Below are positions 17,127 to 24,707 of a DNA stretch of 24,707 nucleotides, one piece after another. The DNA is taken from the IMG/VR virus record IMGVR_UViG_3300017909_002599, positions 1 to 24,707 of that record. One strand, given 5' to 3'. Below the pieces are notes generated by a model. It saw only the letters and a list, made by a program, of their open reading frames with translations. It searched no databases and was not told the origin of the DNA. Made by a program: the position numbers and the translations under genes. Each line of letters opens with the position of its first letter. Positions within the stretch are counted from its first letter, which is position 1. Source of the DNA: a virus (Duplodnaviria; Caudoviricetes).

Positions 17127-19607
17127 TTATTCAATATGTACAAATGTACTAGTATTATTATTATTTATATCACTTGAGTCGATAGTTTGTAATGTTTTGC
17201 TACCTAAAAACTCAATTGTTTGGTTAGTATTATAAAGCCTCGGTGTTGTATAAAAATTGTCCGGGCCTTTCCTTTGTATGTAATTATTATTTATAATTGT
17301 TTTAAAATTTTCATGATTGAATCCATTTAATGGATTAGTCATATTATGATTTAAACTTAATATTAAAGTTTCTTTTACATCTTTAACTCTTGCTTCATTA
17401 TTGGCTCCACTTCCTAATTTTACTTGAGGGTCTGTAATATAACCATTTCCTACATTAGATATATTTACACCACTAATTTCTCCTTCTGAATCTAAAGTAA
17501 AGTTAGCAGTTGCTGTCACATTAGTTGATAATAAATTACCATCAGCATCTCTTGATTGTGGGATTGGGAATAAAATTGTTGGTGCAGTTTTATATACTTT
17601 ATTTGCTTTACCAAATACTTCTATTTCTACAACTTTACCAGCATTTGGATTTGCTTGAACAGACCCAAATAAGTTTGACCAATTTGAACCATTAGAGTTA
17701 ATTGTAATAGCATCGCTATCTAATCTACCTTTTGAATCAATTCCTATTGTTACTGATGGAGCAGTTCCTGTTAAACCACTTATAGCTGTTCCACTAAATG
17801 ATATTGTTGGTGCGCTAATATAACCAAATCCTGGTTCTTGTATTGAAACAGATTCTAAGATTCCATTTTGAGAAGTTGCTGTACCTGTTGCAGTTGTACC
17901 TGTAAGTGTATGGCTTGTTCCAGTACCTACGCTTGTAATATCTATTTCTGCAGAGCCACTCATTGTTTTTAGTTTTACTTTATTACTTCCTGATGTATGT
18001 ATTTTATATTGTGTACCTGATGTTAATCCACCAATTGAGGTTCCTCCACCAGAATTATATGTGACAATAGAATCAACTGGTAAAGCAGCTTGTTGAGCAG
18101 ATGTAAGTTTAATTGTATTGTCGTTAATATTTACAATACCTGTTCCTAATACTTCATCATCACTACCATCAAATTCAATAGCTGTTGGAGCAGCAATTGT
18201 TAAGTTTGGAACATTATAATCTTTTCCACCATCATTAATTGTAATTGCTGATACTGTACCATTTGTTAAAGTCGCTGTAAATGAAGCGGCTGTAAATCCT
18301 GATGGAGTACCAGAATCTGTAGCTGAAACAACTGGAACAGCAGTATAACCACTTCCACCACTTACTATTGTTGTTGTATTAATAACACCATTTTTTAAAC
18401 CTAGTGATATTGTTCCAGACTTTCCAATTTTAGCAATTGTTGTTGGTAAAAATGTTGATACAAACATTTCTACAAGTAATGGTACATCTTCTGGTCCAAC
18501 AATACCAGGTTGTCTTGTAGGTATTGCTGATAAAACTTTTCTTATTGCAAGAGGTAATAAATCATTTCTCAATGTATCAGTATCGAATTCATCTTCACCT
18601 AATACAGCTTTTGTTAATTGTAAGAATATTAAAATTTCAGCAAAGTATACAAATCCAGCTGGGTGAACCAATCTATCAAATGATAATTCCCAATCAGATA
18701 AATTTTTACCTGTCTTAATTAAATATGAAAACTTTTGAAACTTTAAACTATCTTGTATTTTAATACTATCAGATAAGAATCCTTTATTATCTAAATATTG
18801 TCCACCTCTTGTTAAATTATTATTGATATCCCAATTACCTGATGAAGGTATTAATACTTTATCGTATGGGAACTCTACTTCAGCAAAATCATTAAATAAT
18901 ATTTTAAAGAATATTTCAATAGAATCTGATGAACCTCTTAATCTATAAAAATCTATAATTTGTTTATAAAGAGTTCTCTTATCTACGGTCACTCCTCTTG
19001 GAATTGTAGCAGCAATTTCTTTTTGCATTAATTCTAAATAACCCTCATCATTAGTATCAATATCCATAGCTGATTCTATAGTATTCATTACATATGATGG
19101 TCCTGGACCAACCCAATTCTTTTGTATTGTTGTTAATTTAGCTGTATGTCCATTATAAGCTGATAAGCCATTAACAGTAAATGTTTTACCAACTTCAGAA
19201 GTTGATGTTGCAAGTGTACCAGGTAATTCATTACCATTAGTAATTGCTACATTGATAGCTGTTAAAGTTATATTTGTTGTAGTTCCTGTAGGACTTGTTA
19301 ATACAAGAGTTGAACTTGCTCCAGATTCATCGGTAAAAAATTTATTATTTTCGTTATTTGGGTCAGCAATTCTAAATTGAGCTAAGCCATTTTGTACAAC
19401 ATCAGAAAAAGTACCTGTTTCCTGATAAATAAATTCATCCATGTTCATGAATGTATAATAAGCTTTTAAAAATTTATCAAGCTTATCTTTATTTTCTATT
19501 ATTTCAGATGGTATTATTTGGTCAAGACGTATATCCTCTTTTGTAGAATATAAAGTACCTTGTTCGAGTTCAATCGCACCAGGTGTCAATGTCTTTTTAT
19601 TTCCCAT
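17127..19607 (-). CDS. gp7: Baseplate wedge initiator, gp7-like (826 aa)
   Basis: Located between gp6 and gp8. Motifs FLKAYYTFM, IIDFYRLRGSSDSIEIFFKILF and IQDSLKFQKFSYLIKT...W....DRLVHPAGFVYFAE, followed by GxGYxxxP beta repeats. Confidence 0.75.
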   Translation of the reverse strand: MGNKKTLTPGAIELEQGTLYSTKEDIRLDQIIPSEIIENKDKLDKFLKAYYTFMNMDEFIYQETGTFSDVVQNGLAQFRIADPNNENNKFFTDESGASSTLVLTSPTGTTTNITLTAINVAITNGNELPGTLATSTSEVGKTFTVNGLSAYNGHTAKLTTIQKNWVGPGPSYVMNTIESAMDIDTNDEGYLELMQKEIAATIPRGVTVDKRTLYKQIIDFYRLRGSSDSIEIFFKILFNDFAEVEFPYDKVLIPSSGNWDINNNLTRGGQYLDNKGFLSDSIKIQDSLKFQKFSYLIKTGKNLSDWELSFDRLVHPAGFVYFAEILIFLQLTKAVLGEDEFDTDTLRNDLLPLAIRKVLSAIPTRQPGIVGPEDVPLLVEMFVSTFLPTTIAKIGKSGTISLGLKNGVINTTTIVSGGSGYTAVPVVSATDSGTPSGFTAASFTATLTNGTVSAITINDGGKDYNVPNLTIAAPTAIEFDGSDDEVLGTGIVNINDNTIKLTSAQQAALPVDSIVTYNSGGGTSIGGLTSGTQYKIHTSGSNKVKLKTMSGSAEIDITSVGTGTSHTLTGTTATGTATSQNGILESVSIQEPGFGYISAPTISFSGTAISGLTGTAPSVTIGIDSKGRLDSDAITINSNGSNWSNLFGSVQANPNAGKVVEIEVFGKANKVYKTAPTILFPIPQSRDADGNLLSTNVTATANFTLDSEGEISGVNISNVGNGYITDPQVKLGSGANNEARVKDVKETLILSLNHNMTNPLNGFNHENFKTIINNNYIQRKGPDNFYTTPRLYNTNQTIEFLGSKTLQTIDSSDINNNNTSTFVHIE
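17162..17169 (-). promoter_or_regulatory. T4-type late promoter TATAAATA (gp8)
   Basis: Exact consensus 50 nt upstream of the gp8 ATG. A second copy lies at 17288-17295. Confidence 0.6.
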
Positions 19608-21457
19608 TAGCTTTTAAATCTTGATGTTGTTGAATAATTAATAGAACCAGCTGAACCAGATGTTGCAATTGTATCTATTTCTGGAGTAATTATTACAGAA
19701 CTATTATCAATAGATATTAATTGGTCTCTTTTTGGAGCTAAGTCTAATGAATTAGGTACCACAGTAATTTTAATAACATCAGTTGTATCTGGTCTAAATT
19801 TATTGAGAGTTATTTTACCATTATCTACATCTATTTCGCCAGCATCTGCAATTACAGTTGTGTTAACTTGATTAACTACTTTATAAACAATAACATTCCT
19901 TTTTGTAGAACCAGCAATTGGTTCATCACCAAAGAAATGGTCAACGTTATTTATTTTAAATGCACTTGATGTAAGTAAAAACTTTTTAGAATCTCCTGAT
20001 TGAAAGAATGGAGATGAGAATGTTAAATCAAAGTTATTATCTGCATTATTTACAGGTGTAATATTTTGAAACATTCTTGGACGTACTATAGTATTTAGTA
20101 TTGATGGGTCACAATTATCTATTGCTCTTGTTAATTGTGAGTGTCTAAACACACCGTCGAATTTATTTAAATTATTAAAATTATAATCTGTTATAGTATC
20201 TCTTACAACTGATGATAATTCAACAGAACTTCTATCAGTTAAGTTTGGATTATATTTAAAAAATACATCTAATTCTAAATTAGTAAAGTTAGGGTCAACA
20301 ATTTCTGGTGTAATTGAAACAACATTTTTACCTTTTAATATAGCACCAGTAATATCTGTTTTTTCTGCAGTTGTTAATGTATCTGCTAATAAAGGTTTAA
20401 TTGCTATATAAACTTTACCATAATCAGGTGGGTCGTTATCTTCACCGCCCCATGTTGATATTGAATCAATATTACTAAATTCCTTTTTAATTATTGATGC
20501 ATAATCATCAGATGTGACAGCTCTGTTTTGAGCTATAAAAGTAAGTGGTGCGTTAAATCTTATTGATTCAAGAGTTTCAGCCTCTGCTCCTCCAGCTGCA
20601 GCTGAAACTAATGTGACAGCTTGAGTTGTTCCAGATAAAAGATTATCTACTAAACTAAATGCATTAGCACCATTACTTTCAACACCCTTTGTTGTCACAT
20701 AATCAATCGTAACAATATTATTATTTGATGGTTTGAATCCAGTGACTCCATCTCCGAAATATATTTCATAATATCCACTTGGATTTTCTTGTAAGTAATA
20801 AACCTTTGATGTAGAATCTACTCCTCTGAGTGTTTCAAATTTAGTATATAAATCACTCCCAGTAGATTCTTCATTTTCCTGTACACGTACGCGTAACGTA
20901 CTCGTGTCTGCATCGAAATCTGAAAGTTGAAATTTCTGATTTTCTATATCATTATCAACTCTATATTTTAATTCTCTTGAATCACCTTCAACTATAACAA
21001 CATTATTAAATGTATATGTTCTACCAACTAGTGTAGCAGTTTGAGTTTCTAATACTACATATTGGAATTCATCACCAGTAATTTGTGTTGTGAGTTTTGT
21101 TCCTCTTGGTAATGTTAAAGTAGTATTTAATGTACCACTAAAAGTATCTGGTGCTGTGACTGTAATATTTACAGTAGCTCTTGGAGATAAAACAGACCTT
21201 GGTGTATAACCTAATAGTTTTGCTCTTGTGACTACGTTTCCTCTTATTTGAGCTGAGTCTAAGAATGATTCATTTAATGAGTAATGAGCATTCAAAGCAT
21301 TATAATGAGTATTATAAGCTAATATATCTAATAATATATTTAATCCTGAGCCATCAAAATCATAATCATTAAATTCTGATTGTTGTTTTAAAAAGTTTTT
21401 GAGATTATTTTTTATATCTGCAAAATCTAGTTCTGTGACGTTTAAATTTGTTGCCAT
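19607..21457 (-). CDS. gp6: Baseplate wedge subunit gp6 (616 aa)
   Basis: ELDFADIKNNLKNFLKQQSEFNDYDFDGSGLNILLDILAYNTHYNA...NESFLDSAQIRGNVV..AKLLGYTPRS, YEIYFGDGV, ESIRFNAP...QNRAVTSDDY, WGGEDNDPPDYGKVYIAIKP. Confidence 0.95.
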   Translation of the reverse strand: MATNLNVTELDFADIKNNLKNFLKQQSEFNDYDFDGSGLNILLDILAYNTHYNALNAHYSLNESFLDSAQIRGNVVTRAKLLGYTPRSVLSPRATVNITVTAPDTFSGTLNTTLTLPRGTKLTTQITGDEFQYVVLETQTATLVGRTYTFNNVVIVEGDSRELKYRVDNDIENQKFQLSDFDADTSTLRVRVQENEESTGSDLYTKFETLRGVDSTSKVYYLQENPSGYYEIYFGDGVTGFKPSNNNIVTIDYVTTKGVESNGANAFSLVDNLLSGTTQAVTLVSAAAGGAEAETLESIRFNAPLTFIAQNRAVTSDDYASIIKKEFSNIDSISTWGGEDNDPPDYGKVYIAIKPLLADTLTTAEKTDITGAILKGKNVVSITPEIVDPNFTNLELDVFFKYNPNLTDRSSVELSSVVRDTITDYNFNNLNKFDGVFRHSQLTRAIDNCDPSILNTIVRPRMFQNITPVNNADNNFDLTFSSPFFQSGDSKKFLLTSSAFKINNVDHFFGDEPIAGSTKRNVIVYKVVNQVNTTVIADAGEIDVDNGKITLNKFRPDTTDVIKITVVPNSLDLAPKRDQLISIDNSSVIITPEIDTIATSGSAGSINYSTTSRFKS

Positions 21458-21458
21458 T

Positions 21459-21908
21459 TTATCTTAACCTTCTTAATACCATTTCTACACTGTCTTTAGT
21501 GCTAAATTCTTTTATAGTGAAAATTACTTTTATAATATATCTATTTTCATCGACCACATCTGTTATATCAATACTATTTACACTTACTCTTGGTTCATAC
21601 TTTTCTATACAAAATCTAATATTATCTCTTAATTGTATATTAGTTAATACACCAGCTGGTTCAAAAAGTAATCCTCTTAAATTAGCGCCTAAATCGTCTT
21701 GAAATGGTCTCTCATAAAAATTAGTTACGAGTAAATTTCTTATTGCGTTTTTTATAGCAGCATCATCTTTTAAAGGTATAATATCTTTACGTATTGGATG
21801 TATCTTTAATGACAAATCTAAATCACGATGTGGTTTCTTTTTAGAAACAATCTTTGCTTGTTCTAAATCTCCCGATATTTGCTTGTCGCCTGTATATATT
21901 CCTGCCAT
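21459..21908 (-). CDS. gp25: Baseplate wedge subunit gp25 (149 aa)
   Basis: DLDLSLKIHPIRKDI...AIKNAIRNLLVTNFYERPF...GANLRGLLFE...IEKYEPRV, directly upstream of gp6. Confidence 0.93.
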   Translation of the reverse strand: MAGIYTGDKQISGDLEQAKIVSKKKPHRDLDLSLKIHPIRKDIIPLKDDAAIKNAIRNLLVTNFYERPFQDDLGANLRGLLFEPAGVLTNIQLRDNIRFCIEKYEPRVSVNSIDITDVVDENRYIIKVIFTIKEFSTKDSVEMVLRRLR

Positions 21909-21913
21909 AATAC

Positions 21914-21921
21914 TATTTATA
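21914..21921 (-). promoter_or_regulatory. T4-type late promoter TATAAATA (gp25-gp6-gp7 operon)
   Basis: Exact consensus overlapping the TAA of the 396-aa gene: TATAAATA-GTATT-ATG, with no SD. Confidence 0.8.
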
Positions 21922-23107
21922 CTATTATTAGTTGTTCGTTTGCATTAGCTGGGCTATTTAATATTATATTGCCTGATGGATGTACTACATAATCAGTAAA
22001 TAGTGCTCCTACATTACTACTTCTAAATACTTTTTTACCAGCAAAGCTTCCAGATATAATTGTTTGTCCTTCTTCTAAATTAAATCTATCTACATCATCT
22101 GTATTTAATGTAAATGATTCATTACTCAATGGATTAATTGTTTCAGATACTACTGTTTGTATTGAATCTGGCAAATTGATTGTTTTTGGAAATCCTATAA
22201 GTGTTAAGAAATCACAAAAATCAAATACAAGTAAATCAACAACAGCACCTAATCCTATTGCTTTAAAGAATTTAGCAACTGTATTAATCCATTCTTTTAT
22301 TAAATATGTTTGCCATTCCTCTGCAAACTCTCTTGCTCTTTTTAATAATCTTTCTTTTTGAAACTCTGGTATTTCAACATTATCATCAAAATCGCCACCT
22401 AGTAAATCTAATAAACTAAATCCAAATATTTGTACAGCCTCTAATTCTTCTAATGTTTTATCTCTTATTAAAGCTTCTAAATCTATATCTTGTAAACCAG
22501 GGAATGATGGTAAACCAAGTGCATCCCATATTTCATCAAATAAATCTATAAGACCTGCAAATCCGCCTGATAATAATAAATTCATTTTCTTTGCTACTTC
22601 AGAACGTAAATAATGTCTTATTGATTCTTTTTTAAAATCTGCTGTATCAAACTTTTCCCATACTTTATATTCATCTGGTATTAAATCATATACACTATCA
22701 ATTTCTTCTAATTCTAAATTATCTAAAACACTAGAAGGATTAGCTAAGAATTCTAATATATCAAATGTAATACCAAGTACTGTGATATTAAAATTAATAG
22801 GAAATAAAGTATCGATAAGTTCTAATATTTTCTGTTGAACATACATTGGATATTCAGCAGATAAACGAGTAATAATTATTTCCCATTCAAGCTCTGGGAT
22901 TTCAATCTTTTCAAACTTAGGGTCGTATATATCTAATATATCTTTCCTTATTTTTTCTAATTCTTCTTTTAACTCTTCAAACTCATCAATAGGATATCGA
23001 TATATTTGTGTAATAATACCTTTAAATAAATTAGCTAAATTAGCTGGGGTAGGTAATAAAACATCCGGGCATTCTAATGGCGGAACTTGAATAGTTGGAG
23101 CTGTCAT
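21917..23107 (-). CDS. Hypothetical acidic, largely alpha-helical protein between gp5 and gp25 (396 aa)
   Basis: Long ORF with the same codon style as its neighbours and TAATG coupling to gp5. It is E/D/L/I/F-rich, with no recognisable PAAR or lysozyme motif. Confidence 0.8.
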   Translation of the reverse strand: MTAPTIQVPPLECPDVLLPTPANLANLFKGIITQIYRYPIDEFEELKEELEKIRKDILDIYDPKFEKIEIPELEWEIIITRLSAEYPMYVQQKILELIDTLFPINFNITVLGITFDILEFLANPSSVLDNLELEEIDSVYDLIPDEYKVWEKFDTADFKKESIRHYLRSEVAKKMNLLLSGGFAGLIDLFDEIWDALGLPSFPGLQDIDLEALIRDKTLEELEAVQIFGFSLLDLLGGDFDDNVEIPEFQKERLLKRAREFAEEWQTYLIKEWINTVAKFFKAIGLGAVVDLLVFDFCDFLTLIGFPKTINLPDSIQTVVSETINPLSNESFTLNTDDVDRFNLEEGQTIISGSFAGKKVFRSSNVGALFTDYVVHPSGNIILNSPANANEQLIIV

Positions 23108-23622
23108 TATAATATTCTAGTTTTTAAGACTGATTTTATTTCTATAGTACCATCGCTCTTCATTTCAATATGAGAATCTTTTTTGCCGTGAGTAATTCTT
23201 ATTTCTTCTTTACCGTCTTTATTATCAATCTCAATTAAATGACCAGCTTTTGATTTATAAACTTTATTATCTACTGAAGATTGACTTGGTATGTCTTGTA
23301 CACCTTCAGTTTGAGTCGCAATTGAACCCATTACAATAGGGTCTTGAGCTGATGGTCCATCTCTAAAAAATCCTACAACCCATGAACCTACCTCTAAATG
23401 ATGATTACCACCATTTCCTTTTATAGATGCTGATGTGACTGGCATCATAACAGTAGCCCAAGGTAAATCGTCATGATTTTCTACTCCATCATAATATCCA
23501 TAAGCACATACTTTTACTCTATTTAATTTTAATGGGTCGTCAATATCGCATATTGAACCAATAAACCAAGTAAATAAACCATTTTTAAATTGGTCATCTT
23601 TTCTATTAAACATATCTTCCAT
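23107..23622 (-). CDS. gp5: Short gp5-like baseplate hub/spike protein (OB-fold domain only, 171 aa)
   Basis: WFIGSICDIDDPLKLNRVKVCAYGY...DLPWATVMMPVTS...GSWVVGFFRDG..AQDPIVMGSI is the gp5/VgrG OB-fold. SKAGHLIEIDN..G.E.I...H is the start of the beta-strand region, and the protein ends soon after. Confidence 0.88.
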   Translation of the reverse strand: MEDMFNRKDDQFKNGLFTWFIGSICDIDDPLKLNRVKVCAYGYYDGVENHDDLPWATVMMPVTSASIKGNGGNHHLEVGSWVVGFFRDGPSAQDPIVMGSIATQTEGVQDIPSQSSVDNKVYKSKAGHLIEIDNKDGKEEIRITHGKKDSHIEMKSDGTIEIKSVLKTRIL

Positions 23623-23626
23623 TTTT

Positions 23627-24707
23627 CTACCTATAACTTGGAACCTGTTTTACTATAAATGAATCTTTTTTAATTTTTGTTTGTATAAAATAGCCATCTT
23701 TAGTAAATTGATGTATACAACTTGATACTAAATACTTTCCACTTAACTCTTCGTCAATATAATCTCTACCTTCATCTAACTCTTCTGATATATCTGCTTG
23801 CCTTAATATTTCTAATTCTATGATTTTACCTGGTGCAAAATTAAAATCACCTGGTAATCTAATTGTTAATTCAGTAATATTTAAATTATTTTTATGTGCA
23901 TTACTTTTTAATAATTGTTTTTCACCTACAGCATCATGATAAGTATTTTTATTTTTACCAAATGCTAATGAATTTTCAGATACGTAATGTTGTTTATACT
24001 CTTTAAATTCTTTTAAGAATTTTTTTCCAAGTTTCATAATTTCATTTACAGATTCTTGTCCATTTAATTTATTAGCATTTAATTCATCATACGTAAATTT
24101 TTTAACACTTCTGGTTTTAGTTGCAATGTCTACTTTATTCATTACACTACCAAATAATCCTTTTTCTGCAGATTCAAATTTACCAGCGTTACCTAAATTA
24201 ACAAACTTTATAATTTTAGCTCTTTCTTCTTCAAAAACTCCTTTTTCATCTTTGTGATGAAGAGTTTCTTTAAAAAAAGGATGTCTATTATATTTATGAT
24301 ATACATCTTGTTTTAATATTTCATTAAAAGATGTTAAGATTATTCCTTCTTCAGCTGTTTCAAACAGATAACAAGGTGTACCATTATCATTAGAATTTCT
24401 TAATAACCAGGATATAGCATATAAAGGAGAGACATTAGGATATATACCTTTGACAACTTTATTTGTGGAACATCTTACATCAACTTTAGAATCTAAATGT
24501 GTTTCAATAATACTTTTAATTAATTTACCTGTAGTATTATCAAAAGGTTTATCTAATAATTTAGATGGGCTTAAATAACCGTGCTTTGTAATACATTCAA
24601 GAGTATATGATTTTGATGAAGGCGTAGGTTCAGAATAATTATTCATTCCCCATACATAAAGTTCTAAATCAAATCCTTTTTCTCCACTATGTTCTTCTCT
24701 TATTATA
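23627..24707 (-). CDS. Probable baseplate hub protein (gp27/Mu gp44-like), 5'-truncated by the window edge
   Basis: The frame stays open upstream of the track's ATG (24646) to the window end (IIREEHSGEKGFDLELYVWG-MNNY...). The C-terminal LPGDFNFAPGKII...SGKYLVSSCIHQF....F.QTKIKKDS pattern and the position directly before gp5 fit a hub protein. Confidence 0.65.
   Translation of the reverse strand, partial: IIREEHSGEKGFDLELYVWGMNNYSEPTPSSKSYTLECITKHGYLSPSKLLDKPFDNTTGKLIKSIIETHLDSKVDVRCSTNKVVKGIYPNVSPLYAISWLLRNSNDNGTPCYLFETAEEGIILTSFNEILKQDVYHKYNRHPFFKETLHHKDEKGVFEEERAKIIKFVNLGNAGKFESAEKGLFGSVMNKVDIATKTRSVKKFTYDELNANKLNGQESVNEIMKLGKKFLKEFKEYKQHYVSENSLAFGKNKNTYHDAVGEKQLLKSNAHKNNLNITELTIRLPGDFNFAPGKIIELEILRQADISEELDEGRDYIDEELSGKYLVSSCIHQFTKDGYFIQTKIKKDSFIVKQVPSYR

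Noticed and set aside
1201-22361. All + strand ORFs in the track (60-141 aa)
   Set aside because: Each lies antisense to a well-supported minus-strand gene. They are short, have shadow-like composition and show no recognisable motifs.
23100-23135. Programmed -1 frameshift fusing gp5 to the 396-aa ORF
   Set aside because: The downstream frame has a TAG a few codons before its ATG (AAA AAC TAG), after the only slippery-looking A-run. TAATG coupling explains the overlap.
24644-24646. ATG at 24646 as the start of the hub gene
   Set aside because: The frame is open to the window edge, so the true start is probably outside the window.
1-24707. tRNA, rRNA, CRISPR array, intron/intein, homing endonuclease or stop-codon reassignment
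   Set aside because: Genes are densely packed and intact in the standard code. I recognised no non-coding space, repeat-spacer pattern or intein/endonuclease motifs.

Overview
AT-rich (roughly 30-33% GC by eye) segment of a large T4-like (Tevenvirinae/Kyanoviridae-type, probably aquatic) myovirus genome. It holds the tail baseplate and tail-fibre gene block, all on the minus strand. In transcription order (right to left): a baseplate hub-like gene cut by the window edge, a very short gp5 (OB-fold only), an unknown 396-aa acidic helical protein, gp25, gp6, a gp7-like wedge protein, gp8, a 1754-aa DUF4815/VrlC-like structural protein, a 67-aa coiled-coil protein, a 1411-aa fibre with fibritin-like repeats and a C-terminal S74 chaperone, two small fibre adaptor proteins and a 494-aa fibre segment. 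The last gene is a fibre of at least 1207 codons that starts at TTG, runs off the left edge and is missing from the ORF track. Six TATAAATA T4 late-promoter boxes each lie just upstream of a start codon. Most notable observations: (1) no GATC found in a manual scan; (2) GTWAC is depleted and survives almost only when it overlaps a CG, while GTSAC is in excess; (3) a cupredoxin-like His...Cys-x2-His-x2-Met domain inside the large fibre; (4) a repeated C-terminal GGxF / gp37-like N-terminal junction along the fibre genes; (5) a double-hairpin 5' leader in front of the TTG-start fibre; (6) a needle-less gp5 coupled to an unknown protein. Family assignments come from motif recognition, not database searches, and motif counts are manual.
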